The notes: generated from the letters alone by a model not told the origin. Shown: positions 40,828 through 64,000, counted from the stretch's first letter. The stretch: 64,000 nt of DNA from the human T2T-CHM13v2.0 reference genome, Homo sapiens (GCF_009914755.1 NC_060925.1), one strand, 5' to 3'. A program made the numbers and translations.

Positions 40828-41037
40828 CCATGTAGAAATATGACTGGACAAAAAGGGTATGACCTAACGCTAATAGACGGAGTGGAAAATCCCAGCAAGT
40901 CTTGTTCTGTCTGTTTAGATTCTTCTTGACCTCTCTGTGCAGCGTTCCTTACTTACGGGTATGGGGCAGAGGACTCTCTGGAATGGGGGCTTATGACCTA
41001 CAGTCAAACAAAGTAGGTCAGAGAAGCTGTCTTTATG
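40828..41037 (-). repeat. ~210-bp internal MER39-LTR fragment duplicated locally from 42604-42811
   Basis: Manual alignment gives about 14 substitutions plus a 2-bp indel in ~210 bp, same orientation, with no LTR termini. Confidence 0.85.
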
Positions 41038-41169
41038 AGGCAGCAGATTGGCTTCCCCACACCTGATGGTTCATACCGTCTCCTTTCACCAGGTTAAATA
41101 GTTCAGCTGTCCCTTGACGTCTTCATTTAGTCTTTCAGTAAATTGCTATTTGTTAAAGAGCTTAAGGGT

Positions 41170-41507
<338 letters not shown>

Positions 41508-42408
41508 TCAAAGTTCAGGATGAGCATGAGTCTGGGCAGTAGATGGAGGACAAATGACACAATTGTGCTGAGAGGTAAATTCAATTATTTACCCTAAAGA
41601 AAAAATGTTTCCCTTCTTTTAAAGTTAAGCAATATTTATGGAAAGCCTAGGTAAGACAATGGTCTTGGTCGCAAGAAAAAATTAAACATGGAAGGAAAAT
41701 GGATATGGAAGCAAATTTTAAAAATGGATAGGCCCCTTCAGAGAACATCGTACTTAATCACTCTGACTCAGCTTTAAAAAAATAGACATTACGTGGCTCA
41801 GATAATTAAAATTGAGAGAGAATTAAAACTTGTCAAGGTTGCCTTTGCTATAAAATTATGAATCTTACATGTAATTTATGATGTCAAGTCATCCGTCATT
41901 TCCATTACACCACAATGGCTTCTTTTTAAGATAAGGCAGGTGCTAATGTGTTCTAGGCAGAAGCACAAACAGCGCACTGTAGAAATAAAAGGAAGGAAGG
42001 AAGGGAATTCTGGTTTGGGATAGCAGGAAGGAAGGACATGCTTGAGGAATTGCCATTTGGATTGTGCTGTAAATGTTAGGCAGACTTACAAAGCAGGAAA
42101 AGATGGTCCAAGCTGAAGGGACAACCTGTGAAAATGTATGAGTTTCAAGTGTATGGTATTACTGTCAATAATTGGAGCATATTGTTCAGAGATGACTCCA
42201 GTAGCAGAAGAAGTTGAGAATGAAGCTGGGGGTCTGATAATGAAGGGCCTTCAAAGGCACGTAGAAAGTGGTAAGCAGTGAACATTTATAAGCTGGAGAA
42301 AAATGCAATGTGGCATGTATTTTAGGAAGAAATGTCTATGCTCAGTGAGTATGGAGGAATGACACAGAGAGAAATAGACAATAAGCTCTTAAAATATACC
42401 AAAGAAGA

Positions 42409-43040
42409 TGCAGGGGCAAAAGGAAAACTTCCCCTTTGCTCCCTGAAGGTTCTCTGAAATCAGCTGAGAAAAGGCAGATTAATAGGACAAAAGGCAAATT
42501 TATTGATCATCGTTTTATGTGACACAGGAACCTCAGAATGAAGACCCAAAGATGCAAAGGAAACTGTCCATTTCTATGCTTAGGTTCAACAAATTTTGGA
42601 TAGCCATGTGGAAATATGATTGGACAAAAAGGATATGACCTAATGCTAATAGACAGAGTGGAAAATCCCAGCAAGTCTTGTTCTGTCTGTTTAGATTCTT
42701 CTCGACCTCTCTGTACAGCATTCCTTACTTATGAGTATGGGGCAGAACACTCTCTGGAATGGGGGCTTATGACCTACAGTCAGACAAAGTAGGTCAGATA
42801 ATGTCTTTATGGCTGGTTCTTACACAGAAAGATACAGGGAAAGTTAGAGTCATCTTACTAATTTTATGGCTGGCTTTGGGGAAAAGAGGTTCTGGTTTCT
42901 ATCAATCACCTTGGGGAAGAGGGATTCTAATTTCTATGGCTAGCCCTGGGTAGGAAAGAGTTGTCACAGAGAGGAGGGCAGGAGAAAGAGAGCTGCTTCT
43001 GAGGCTTTTATTTTGGAGTATCATTTTCTGAGCCCCAACA
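42409..43040 (-). mobile_element. MER39-like solo LTR
   Basis: Ends ...GGAGTATCATTTTCTGAGCCCCAACA, the reverse complement of the start of the 24068 element. Confidence 0.8.
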
Positions 43041-43584
43041 AAGAGATGGTAAAGAGCTGAAATTCATCAGGAACAACCAAAATGAAGAGGAAATTCAGTG
43101 AAAGTAAATGCATTCCCAAGGAGTCACCTTGGTGTGTGTCAGTCATTGGGATCACAGATGTGGTGTGAGAGAAGGCTGGAGAATGGCCTCTAGAACACGG
43201 ATGCAGAGAGCCTCCTGTTGCTCTGACCCTGCTTGTCAGAGGCCTGTTACCTTGGGCAGTGCCTAATTTGCAGCCTGATAATTGGCTGCAGATGAGTCTG
43301 GGGAAGGTAGCTGCTGCTTTCTAGCCCCTGACTAGCAAGAGGGTGAAGTAAATGTAGACATCGCCCATGGGCAGTGTCCATCACATACCCTCTTTAGTCT
43401 TTATTTCAAAATTGATTTAGTTCTTTGAAGACTTTATCCTCCCATATAAATTTGTACACAAATTCTGAATTTGTGTATTATATAAAAAGTGCCAGCTTGA
43501 ATTTGGATTCGGACAACATTGTGAATATAGAGATCTATTTGCAAATTCTTCTATGTTTATGCAGATGTACTATATGTATATATA

Positions 43585-43868
43585 TTTTGAGATGGAGTCT
43601 TGCTCTGTCACCCAGGCTGGAGGGCAGTGGCATGATCTCGGCTCACTGCAACCTCCAAGCTTCCAGGTTCAAGCGATTCTTCTGCCTCAGCCTACCGAGT
43701 AGCTGGGACTACAGGCACGCACCACCATGCCCGTCTAAGTTTTGTATTTTTAGTGGAGACGGGGTTTCACCATATTGGCCAGGCTGGTCTTGAACTCCTG
43801 ACCTTGTGATCTACCTGCCTCGGCCTCCTAAAGTGCTGGGATTACAGGCGTGAGCCACTGCGCCTGGT
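43585..43868 (-). mobile_element. AluS
   Basis: Full reverse dimer. Confidence 0.9.
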
Positions 43869-43899
43869 CTATGCAGATATACTATTAATACACCAATCA

Positions 43900-45650
43900 A
43901 AACAATTATTTATAATTATCTTTATTCAAATCTTCTTTAATGCATTCTGATAGAGCTTTAATTTTTTGTTTTTATTTTATTCTTTGTTAGATAGATTTCT
44001 AGATACCATATGCAACAGTAATAAATCTATGAATGACATTTTTTCCTAGCCTGTTATTGTTGGAATGCTATTGAATTTTGCAAGATGACTTTGTATCCAC
44101 TAGCCTTGTTGAATTTCTCATTTTTTTTCATGGTTTTTTAATCCTACTGGGTTTACATAGTTAATATATCATCTATAAAGTTAAAGATTTTTCTATTCTT
44201 TTTTTGTTCCTTACAAGTCTTATAGGTACCTTTATCATGTTTTATAGCATAGTTATGTCAGAATTCTTAGGCATCATTTTCTTGTAACTGATCATAATAA
44301 TTTTTTTCTAAATTGTTTTCATTAAGGTTGCTGTATATTTTTGACATTTATATTTGGCATTTATGTTTTTGGCATATTGCCTCTATCAAAATAAGGAGAT
44401 TCTACTTTTTAAAAAAATATGTAGAGATGAGATTTCACTATGTTGCCCGGTCTGGAGTGCAGTGGCTATTCACAGATGCAATCAGAGTGCACTACAGCTT
44501 TGAACTCCTGGCCTCAAGTGATCTTCCTGCCTCAGCCTCCCAAGGAGCTGGGATTACAGGCCTGCACCACTGCACCCAGCTCTTCTGAGGGTTTTTATTG
44601 TTAATAAGGACCAAACATTATCAAATGCAGTTTTAAACTATTGAGATAACCTCATGATTCTTCTCTTAGGCTTCTAAAGTAGTTAATTATGTTAATAAAT
44701 ATTTTTGCTAATTACCTATCTTTTAATTTCTGGGATAAAACCCATTTGATTGTGATGTGTGCAATTTTACTATAGTTTTAGATTTAGTTAACTTATATTT
44801 TATTGAGGATTATTGCATCTATTTTCATGATCGAGTTGGACCTGTGATTTTTAAAAATTTGATTTATTTAATTTGAAATGAAAGTTTACCAATCTCATTA
44901 AATGGGTTGGCATCATTTTACATTTCTCTACTTTCTGGAACATCTTATATATGAGAGAGTATATTTGTCACTTGAAGTTTGGTAAATTGTGTACGCAGCT
45001 GTGTAAGCTGGATTTTTTTGTTATTGATGTTATTCATGTGTCAGTTTTTATATTTCATTTTTTCCAAGATATTATTCATTTTAAGCCATAATGTTTATTA
45101 TACATAATTCTTCATCATGCCTGTTTTATGTCTGTAATACTTATTTTGAACTTTCTGTTTTCATTATATTTTTGTCTCCATTCCTTATTTCTTTAGTTGG
45201 TCTTTCCAGACTTTTGCTATCTTACTGATATTATTCTTTTCTAAGATTTGGTTCCCTATCATATTTATTTTTACCCACAACTTTCTTGTTTCCTTTTTCT
45301 TCTCCCAACTTCTTAAGATAAATGCTTACTTTGTCATTATTAGTCATTTATGTTTTCTTATGAATGTATTTTAGCAAGCTATTTTCTTCACACTTCACTT
45401 TATCCTTCAAATAGTCTTGTGTAGCTTGCATTATTATTTTATTCTGTGTTTTTAGAAAGTTCCTTTATGATTCCCTCTTTAACATAAGGATTATTTAGAA
45501 TATTACTTGTGCCTAGACAGGTACACTTTTGGTTATAGCTTATTGGGTTTTAATTTTACTGCTTGATAGTTGGAGAAATCATGTGCAAATTGTTGATTTT
45601 GGGGGATGTTTACTAAGACTTTCTTTGTAGAGTTATGAAGTCATAAGTCA
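43900..45650 (-). mobile_element. Ancient L1M(E)-type fragment with nested FAM monomer (~44407-44582)
   Basis: T-rich L1 antisense relics (TTCTGGGATAAAACCCATTTGATTGTGATG, TTTTATTGAGGATT). The FAM signature GTGCAGTGGCTATTCACAG marks the nested monomer. Confidence 0.6.
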
Positions 45651-47147
45651 ACATCCAACATTTAGAAAGTTTAAAAATAAGAAGAAAAAACACAGAAGGT
45701 ATAAAAAATTATTCATAATCTTAATTCTTTGGCCAAGATACATCTAAAGCTTAATAAAATACCTATTTTTAAAAACAATAGAGTATTAGTTGATTTATTA
45801 ATTTGGTCAACAAATTTTTGTACATCACCTATGGCCTGATATTATCTGAATTCCTCTGGATTAAGAAAAACACTTTTTACTTTATTCACAGTAGAATTTA
45901 GTATCCAGTTATATTCAGTAATATTAATGGTGTGGAATTCCAATTAGGTCCCTACTGATGTTAAATACTTTCCTGTCTTGTTTTCAACTTTAAAATACAA
46001 ACATCCTTTAGATGTGTAAGTCAATGAATCACTAATAACCCCAAGGACAATTATTTTACCAAATTCTTTCTTTATTGACCAGTTTAGGAAGATGGAATCG
46101 TGAGAAAACTAGACTCCAGGAAAAGGGGAAAAAAGGAGACAGTTAAATTACTTTTTACCTGATTTACAATCTACACTATTAAATAAACATTACATCCAGA
46201 TTTGACTGTGATCGTGACTATTATACAAAATCTCTACATCAGCAACTGATTCTATAAAAAGCCCCCACCTCTGTAAATTGATATTCCTTTATATTTAACA
46301 AATATATTCTTTGCTTAGTGGCTTTGTGTGTTGATATCTAGCAATGTTTCTTGAACATATACATATGACCTCTATTCAGGGAAGGCACTTTCTCAGCGTT
46401 GGTTCGAAATGCTTTCCCCGAATACTGCTGGTAAGCAGAAGTGAGGCTCTTATATGCAAAGCTACCTAGAAGCAGAAGGATAGACCAGTGCTGCAGAAGT
46501 GACAATAGAGGAAAAGAAAACCATCAAGGAAATGCTATGTGTGGACAACTGGTGGAGTAGAAAGTTTGATTAACCAAGTCACAAACATAAGCTGCTAACT
46601 ATTGTGTTAACCACGCAAATCACCTGATTTCTCTAACTTCGTCATTTAGTGTTTGCCTGATTATCATAAAGATGATGATAATTGATGGCAAAACACCAAG
46701 AGTAATATGAAAAAGTCAGCTTTCCTGAATGTATGTAAAGATCCCAATGTCTTATCTGCACATGGATGCCCACATGCAGCAGGGCCCAGAGACGCTTGCT
46801 CTGGTTCAGTGGGCCAAGACTGGCAGTCCTCATAGTCCACAAAGGTGTGTACAAGCAGATCATCTTGCCTCAGGTTGTTGCAAAAGTGACGCTTCCCTGT
46901 TGTTAAGGTCTTTATAGCTTCCTGGGAGCTCTCACCTCTTCTAGAGATGCAGGAAGTTTGCATGTTGGGTCACAAGAAATCCTAAGACTGACAGAATCAA
47001 AAGTCAGACTATGGGCATTCTGTCCCATCAGAGTCCTGGTCTCTGTGGTTAATTTCTGAAATGCATTCTATCTGTGACTGCTTATTGATTTTGAAGGAAA
47101 GGGAAGTTTGTCAAAAAGAAAAGTCAGGTTTGGTTTTAATGGTCTAG

Positions 47148-47282
<135 letters not shown>

Positions 47283-50200
47283 TAAGAACAGAGCATCTCA
47301 GAGTTTTTTTGTTTTGTTTTGTTTTGTTTTTTCATTGAGATTACTTCCAGAGTCTCTGCCCCACTAGAACTAACACCCCTTAGGGCCGCTATAATAGAGT
47401 TCTTTGGTGATTACCTGCATGACTTGGCAGCAGGTTAGACATTGACTCTGTCTAAATAAGAAAGACAGGGTATTAGCCACGTGTTTTGTTTCTATTGATT
47501 ATATAATGTGAGTGTAGAAACATAAAGATAGAATAAAGGATGTTTGGTTTTGGTTGGTTATATGTGGTGGCCATATTTCCCACCTTTTCCTTACAAGTAG
47601 CCAGAATAATCTTTGGAAAACATGTCTCATTATGCCTTTTCCTTGCCTGAGACCATTCAGTCATTCTTCATTGCATTCAGAATAAAATGCAAACTCTTCA
47701 CCAGGGCCTACAGTTCCATAAGGATTGGATTCTGCATCTCTCCCATCTGGTTCCTCACTCTCTACCTTCACCCACTATCTTACATGCATTCTCCTTTTAT
47801 TTGATGTTCTTTAAGCCACCAAACTCAGCCTCACTTTAGGGCATTTCTACAAGCTGGTCTTTTACTGCACAATTAAAAAAAAATTCCATATTTGCATTTG
47901 GACTGATTGATAACGTCTCCTCCTGGAGATGCTGGCCCTCATGCCCTTCTCTGAAAGATTATGGAGGAACTTTGCTTCTGCACCGCATGGTTTTATGGCA
48001 CTAGAACCTACTTATATTTGCTGTGGCCTTTATCTGAACTTGTAACTCTATATGTCGTTTGAGCTCTTTATAGTCCACTTCCTTCATAGACCATACGCAC
48101 TTTAACGTCACATCTGTTTCACTTGCTAATGTATATCTGTTGCTCAACCCTTGCAAGACACTCAATGGAAAAAAGAAAAAAAATGGAGTGGAAAAATGGT
48201 AGATATCTAGATGTTGATATCTTGCCTCAGCTTAGATGAACAGAAACACCCTGCCTTGTTGGTTAACTGTAGGCTTTTCGTATTCTTGCACTAAGCTCTT
48301 TTTTAATCATTTCATCTCAATGTCTTGGTTTCTGTCTCTGAGATGGCTTCTTCTTCTTTTCCATGGTATGAAGGGGCAGAGGATTGAGGAGATGAGCCAG
48401 GTATCTGTTGGTGATGTGAAATGATGTTTGCAGGCATCAGCCCCCTCCTAAATGTTTGAACGACACTTTCCTGCACAAAGGAGAGAGTTGGCTTCATGAG
48501 TCAGCCCTCAGGGACAGTGGAGTTGGCTATGCCTATCTTGTGACCCTTTCTCACGCTCCCCCGACTCCCCCCACTCCCCTTATGGTTTGTAGCTGGAGAG
48601 GAGATAGCAATGATTTGGTGATATTATTGAACCAAGGTTCTTTTATCAGCTGCTGTGAATCAGTTCTGTATAGCGTCTTTTAAACTAGACTTTTAATTCA
48701 GGCATTCCCATTAGGCATTTAACTTACGCATAAACTAGTCATCTAAACTAGGCTTTTGTTTCATCATGTCTAAAGTGAGATCTGCACTAGATGTCATTCT
48801 CTAATATTTTTCTGTTAAAGGAACTGAAGTGTTAACATTTTCAAATACCAGCAAGCCTTTATTACAATCAGACAATAACTAAATGTAGATAAATTAAATG
48901 TCGTTAGGGTTTTCTCATGCAAGGAAATTTTAGGAGCACGACTCATGGAATTTTCACTAGTCAGCATGGTGAGGAAGATCTGAACCATTTTACCATTCTA
49001 GTCAATTGCAGTCAAATATGTGTTGCATGTGGGCTAAGAAGTCAGTTTCCTTTTTGGCTAATTTCACAGGATGATGTCTATTGAATAAAGTTGGATTTTC
49101 TACATCTTCCTGAGTCAATTTTGATTATTGGATTCTTATCAGAATATTATTCATTTAAACATATTTACAGAAAGGACAGTATGAGCTCTTTCAAGTCACT
49201 TAACTTTTAAAATGTAGGCTTATAGAGGTATAGTACAGTAAAATTCACCCTTCTCATATATACAGTTTGATAAGTTTAGGAAAAACATACTCAGTCATGT
49301 AGTCACCACAATCAAGATACAGAATATTTCCACCACCCTCCCTTTCCCTTCAACCCCTGGCAACCACTGATCTGATTTCTGTTTTGCATTTTTTCCAGGA
49401 TGTCATAGTATCATTGCTTTTATCTTTATTGCATTCTTATTTTTGCTTTCCTTAGTTTTTTAAATTGTTGCTATTCTAATTGTTTTGAATTCAAAACTCA
49501 ATAATTTTGTTCTCAACTTTTCTTGTTTAGGAATGGAAGCATATATGAATACAAACTTTCCCTCTAAATAATATTTTACCTGTATCCTATGTGTAATTGA
49601 AGGAAATACTATTATTGTCTAATATTTTGCAACTTTTAATTTATTCTTGGACCTGAGTAGTTTTTAAATTTCAAATATTGTTTTATAGTCTTGAATATAA
49701 TTTAAATTTTATTTGTTACCAGTATCTGTGTGGTCTGTGTTATTTCTGCTTTATAGATTTTATTAAAGTCTTCTTTGTCCTATATGTTAACTTTGAGACA
49801 AGTTACTTACATTCTCTAAATTTTGGGTTCTTCATATGCAAAATAGCCTTAAAATACTACAATTTTAGCTTGTGTTTATGGAAAAAGAAATCACTGCCTA
49901 TTTCATCAGCACGATGGCTGTCTGGCACCAACACTCAATACATACTAGCTGGTATCTGTGCACATCATTATGTGCCTAGATTTTGAAAATATATTATGTA
50001 ATATTTTGTTCAGAGATCATAATTTTGAAATTTGTCTGCTAGAGAAACATTATTGTGTATTTCAGATATTCACTGTCATTATTTCTCCTGCTTGTTATTA
50101 GCTGAGAGAAATTAATCTACTGGTTTATTTGAGTTACCTTTCATGTTTTCTTTTTCTTTCTTTCATATGGATTCTAAATAGTTTGGTGTGTAGCAATTCA

Positions 50201-50429
50201 TGACAGTATTAGGTGTTTGTCGGTTTTAATCTTTATCATGCCATCTTCTGTCCAGCTTTTTTTTCTGAAATGACGGCCTTGCTAAAATCTTCATCTTCCG
50301 CAGTGTGAGAAGGTCCCTGTGACGGGAGATCAAGGACACCCAGGGACATTGCAGGCAGCTTCCTCTCGGATAGGGAGGATAGAGGGAGGTCCTGTTTCAT
50401 TAGTATTGCCTAGTCTAGTTCCCATATAT

Positions 50430-50820
50430 CTATCTATATTCATTTACTAAGGCTCTTATAGCGAAGTACCATAGACTGGGTGGCTTAAAGAACCAAAATT
50501 TTCTTTCTCACAATTGCGGAGACTGGAAGTCTGAGATCAACATGTTGGCAGAGGTGGGCTGTTTTGTGAAGTCTGTCTTTGGCTTGTAGATGACTGTCTT
50601 TTCCCTGAGTCTTCGTATTGTCTTCCCTCTGTGTTACGACTGTGTTCAAATGTTCTGTTCTTATAAAGACACCAGTCATACTGAAATAAGGCCCAATCTT
50701 ATGACCTTGTTTTAATTTAATTACCTGTGTTAAGATCCTATCTCCAAATACAGTCACATTCTGAGGTTCTGGGGATTAGGACTTCAACATGTGGATTTTA
50801 AGGGGACATAATTTAGTACA
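50430..50820 (-). mobile_element. MaLR LTR (MLT1-like)
   Basis: AAGTACCATAGACTGGGTGGCTTAAA...GGAAGTCTGAGATCAA...TTATAAAGACACCAGTCAT...TCTCCAAATACAGTCACATTCTGAGG. Confidence 0.85.
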
Positions 50821-51389
50821 TGAGAGATGTCAAGAAAATCTAAGAGGATTCTTAGAAATCCAGGAATTCCTGCCACTGTCTGGACATTTCCAGCGGCCAC
50901 AGCATGCAGAATTGTTCCACTGTATTTAAGAGAGAGTGGACAAGCAGTAGGTGCTGATAATCCACAGCCCGGACTTAGATAGGTTTGGATTTTGTGGCTG
51001 GAGCCTCGGAACGACAGATAACTGAGTGGCTGAATTCCCCATTCACCAGCTGCTTTGTTACATAACTTCACATTTTACAAAGTCCAAATGTGGTTGTGCA
51101 GTAATGTTTGCTTTATTTCTTTCCTAAAGACCTCGTAGGTTTTAGATTATCTCAGTACTAAGACATTTGAGAACACATCTTCTTTCCTTGGAGAGTAATA
51201 CAGTTCTTGGATCGTATCTTTCTCCTCACAACTTAGTGAACGTAATTCCACTCTGCAGCTGTGGAGCTGAGCCACCTTAAGCCGCCTTCCTGATGACTTG
51301 GTTTTACATACATTTTCCCCATGAAAGTTTGAAAACTCATTATTTGTTCCCTACCCCCACCCCCAAACATGTATTATTTTCTTTTATAC

Positions 51390-52370
<981 letters not shown>

Positions 52371-52452
52371 TTAATGTTGCTTTAATTTAATATAAAAATG
52401 TTATTCTCTATAATTGTTTTCCTGGTTTAGGCCAGTCCATTTTCCTTCTCCA

Positions 52453-52486
52453 TTTATTATTGTTAATAACTATTAACAATAATAAA
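52453..52486. repeat. Perfect AT-rich inverted repeat, 16-bp arms, 2-nt spacer
   Basis: TTTATTATTGTTAATA-AC-TATTAACAATAATAAA. Confidence 0.95.
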
Positions 52487-52664
52487 CATGTTATTTTTCT
52501 GCTTCTAAAATATTGTTTCTGCTTCTTTTGTTTTGCTTTTGTTACACATTTCATCTTTGTAACTTTGTGCTTAGTACTCTGAATGAAAGTAGATCATTTG
52601 TGAGATAAAATTGCGTGTATGCGTGTGTGTTTAAGGAGGGTGCAGACGAGAAACAAGCTATGGC

Positions 52665-53200
52665 TGTGACTGAACCAAACTGAGGGCAGCTCACCCGGCG
52701 CCGCAAAGCCAAAAACATCCACACGGAGGGTTGCAGCAGGACCAAGGAGGCGTCTATTTGCAGGTCACCAAGCAAGGAGAATGGATCCCTCAGGCTTAAG
52801 ACCTGTCCTCTTCAATGGCTTACAATCAAGGGTTTTTAAAGGCAGGGGTAAATTTCAGGAAAGCAGAATTTACAGGCAAAATTGTAAATAAATACATGGA
52901 GATTATAGTTTGTTTGGCCTAAAAAGCTGAGATACCTTGAAGCTGAGGGGGAAGGGTGCCTTACGGGTCATAGGTGGAATGAAAGATTCTTTGATTTGCA
53001 ATTGTTTAAGGAAGCAAAGCTTTGTCTGAGAATATGGAGCCATGAGTAAGGAACGCTAAGGTCTGGCTCCTGGGCATGACTTTCTCAGGCTCCTCAGGAA
53101 GAAATTTAGACAAAGTATGGCGCTGGGAGTTCAGTCCTCAGCGCGCCCGTGCCTGAGGTCCGTGTGCCAGAGGATGCATGTGGTGGAGGTCCAGGTTTCC
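52665..53200. mobile_element. MER31-like solo LTR
   Basis: TGTGACTGAACCAAAC...CCAAGCAAGGAGAAT...GCTTAAGACC...AAGGGTTTTTAAAGGCAGGGGTAAATTTCAGGAAAGCAGAA. Confidence 0.75.
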
Positions 53201-53531
53201 TCCTGCTTCCCAGGCTCCTTATTTACTGCTCAGGGCTGGCTGGGTGCCTGGAATTTCCCTCGAAGAAACTCACGACTTTCCTTTATTTCCTTGCTTGGCA
53301 GTGCCAGACAGACTTCCAAGAGGGGTCTCTGCTCTGTTGCAAAATCCAGGCAGTGATTGTGGCATGTCGTTTTAGAATGCTTCCTCACAAAATGTTTTTC
53401 CCTCAGCCCAGGCACATCTCTCTACTGTGTACCTAGCTGTCCTTGAGGCAGGCAGCTGATTACAAGTTATATCCTTTTTTCATATTTCCCCTTAAATTTA
53501 GGAGTCTGACTGACAGAGAAATAAAAGGTGA

Positions 53532-53961
<430 letters not shown>

Positions 53962-54403
53962 ACCACACTTATTAATGTCTATTACTGTAAGGTTTTAGTT
54001 AGAATTCGTAAGACCCTCTCATTTGTCTTTAAGGATTTATACACCCTCATCAAGAATAGCAGAAAAATAAATTTCAAAACTTTCCATTTTCTCTCTTGAA
54101 TTGTCCTAAATTTCATTATATTATATGTATGTTTTCCATGCGTGTAATAATATATGTAGTCTGATAAGCTAATAATTCTCTTAGCTTCATGCTATATGGA
54201 GCTTTGTTTTCCACTTTTCATTGTCTAGATTTTTGTGGTTTTTCAAAAAAGGCTGGAGTAAGCAGCCTTTTAATTGTATTTAATATTTGCATGGAAAATC
54301 TAACAATGGCCTTAGGTTAAGGGCAACCAAATGCTTTTTTTGAAAGGCATTTTCAGCTTTGGAGAACCTGGAGTATCTCATGTTACTATCTCTTTCCTTG
54401 TAG

Positions 54404-54453
54404 GCAGGAAATGACTACATTTGAAAGAAAACTTCAAGATCAAGATAAGAAAA
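54404..54453 (+). CDS. GCSAML: GCSAML coding exon 3 (R-QEMTTFERKLQDQDKK-S), 50 nt
   Basis: Acceptor TCTTTCCTTGTAG|G, donor AAA|GTAAGT; in frame. Confidence 0.92.
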
Positions 54454-54754
54454 GTAAGTCATGGCTGTATAATATTTTTCATAGTAGGGAAGTGCAAATT
54501 TAAGCATCCAATTAGCAGACACTCTTGAGCCTATTGTAATAACAGATTGGAGAAGAGGCTGCTTGGAGTTCTTACTCTTTCATAAAACTGATCACATCAT
54601 TCTTGGTATTAAAGTAATATTTGTATATTATTTTTTGAGTGACATTTAAGAAACTTCTGTGGAAAGAAGTTAACCAAAATTCTACTGTTTTTAATTTGTA
54701 TATTGGTGTTCTAAAATAGGGCCTTTGAATATTAGCAGGCGATAAGAAGTGTAT

Positions 54755-55078
<324 letters not shown>

Positions 55079-55334
55079 TGAAAGAAGCTGGTGGTGCACT
55101 CCTGTAGTCCCAGCTACTTGGGAGGCTGAAGTAGAAGGATTCCTTGAGGCCAGAAATTAAGAGTCCAGCCTGAGCAATGTAGCAAGAGCCTGTCTTAAAA
55201 AAAAAAAAAAAAAAAGAATTTGCTCTGTTTGCCATAGTATCTAGGTATAGTAATCATGTAATTACTCAAAATCGACAGTTATGAATAACAGGGCTCAGCC
55301 CCTGTGGACAAGTATACCTAAAGGAAACTCTCTG

Positions 55335-55890
<556 letters not shown>

Positions 55891-55892
55891 AT

Positions 55893-56324
<432 letters not shown>

Positions 56325-56745
56325 TCATTTTAAAGAATTGTATGATTTTCCTGTGATAGTTACATAAAATTTATATCTTAAATTTGCAGCTATAATCATT
56401 CTTTCTTTATGCTTATCATATTGCATTGACATAGCACATTTATGAACATTTTATTACCAAATTTTGAAATCCATTTTATTCAGTACATTAATGTGCTTTA
56501 TTTACAGAAAGAACATACTATTGATGCTATCTCAGAACACATGTTCTTTCTTGATTTTTTCACTCAGTCTTGAGAACTTCAGTTATAAGATGGGGCAATG
56601 TCATGTCAGATGTTTAGATAATAGGCCTCTGCAGTTTTATGACTTCTACATTCTGTTTTTTTCACCTTTTCCTTCAATCTGTGATGGGGCAAAAGTCTCA
56701 CAGTGCTTTCCTTTCTTTCTTTTTTTTTTTTTTTTAATTCTCCAG

Positions 56746-56774
56746 GCCAAGAAGTTTCATCCACTTCTAATCAG
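56746..56774 (+). CDS. GCSAML: GCSAML coding exon 4 (S-QEVSSTSNQ), 29-nt micro-exon
   Basis: Long T-tract acceptor ...TTAATTCTCCAG|G, donor CAG|GTAAGT; in frame with exon 3. The terminal exon is not found in the window. Confidence 0.9.
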
Positions 56775-57052
56775 GTAAGTAGAAAACAAAAAGCAAGACA
56801 AAAGAAAAACACAAACTTTTATTATGTTTGTCTGATAAATGCCAAAATACAGATGATTTATTCAAGAGTAGCATCTGTCTTCCTTTATTTGTAATTTCTA
56901 AATGTACTTTTAGAAATCATTCATATTTTAAATAATTTATATGGCAATTGTAATGCAGAAATGAAAGGAAATAAAAAACCAAAAAGTATTTCAACTGATC
57001 GAGATGAGTAGCAAGTTCTTACCGTTTTGGCCTCAATTCTGCTGAAGTCTAA

Positions 57053-57357
<305 letters not shown>

Positions 57358-57962
57358 TATTATTTTAATTTTCAAAGCTATTATAACAAAAACAGATGAA
57401 ATTAAGTAAATTTATACTTAAAAACTGACCACCATAAAACATTAATTATTTTTAGCTTTCCACATTCCCTTTCAATCCTTATATCCAGGAATTAGCATTT
57501 GCATTGACAAGTATGGTGGAAACTATAACATATGGAAAAAAGTTTATTCCTTTTGATACTACCTCATAAAAATTTTGTTGATTTAATTAGTATATATTAA
57601 TGTTTTTATTTTTTCTTTCCTTCACTGTCTATGCAATTGAAAATGTGCATAAACTCAATTTTTTCTTAGTATTTTATCTTATAAAAATTATAATGAATAA
57701 TTACTTATTCATTACTTACTGAGGTCTGATTGTTGCATACATTGCATCTCAGTGTGTGTGAACGAAAGTATAGAAGTGCTTTTCCCTGGATAGTTAGAGG
57801 CATAATAGCATCCTTCTTTTCTCTTTTATTATTCAAGTAAAATTAAAGCACAATTAGTAGAAGCTTGGAGTGCAGTTTATGCTGCTATAATGAGGTCTCT
57901 AAGACACCAGGGCTTGGAGCAAGGGCTTTTTTTTTTCTAGAAACATTTCTTACATTATATAT

Positions 57963-64000
<6,038 letters not shown>

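Overview
Primate, almost certainly human, genomic DNA matching the 1q44 OR2C3/GCSAML locus. The identification comes from recognising the translated proteins, not from a database search. The window holds an intact single-exon olfactory receptor OR2C3 (minus strand, 22369-23331) and the first four coding exons of GCSAML (plus strand, 40006-56774; the last exon lies beyond the window). It also has a probable upstream non-coding GCSAML exon (17737-17851), two CpG islands (~8650-9620 and ~21520-22080) and a heavy repeat load: two long L1PA7/8-type LINE-1s at the ends, a full-length SVA with TSD, about 20 Alu elements or monomers, MaLR/ERVL/MER4-group LTRs, and L2/MIR/DNA-transposon relics. The most striking observation is that the first CpG island is the fossil of a frameshifted, partly deleted OR2-family receptor gene (8659-9370, plus strand). 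It is CpG-rich rather than CpG-decayed, carries NRF1/Sp1/CRE-like motifs inside former codons and ends at a splice donor, which suggests an olfactory pseudogene exapted as an alternative, possibly imprinted, GCSAML promoter. Other notable items are a spliced 69-codon uORF, a patchwork templated insertion with an 18-bp hairpin in L1, a ~210-bp local templated copy of LTR sequence, and a perfect 16-bp AT-rich palindrome. No prokaryotic features, CRISPR arrays, tRNA or rRNA genes were seen. Repeat subfamily names are recalled from consensus sequences, and repeat boundaries are approximate unless TSDs are given.
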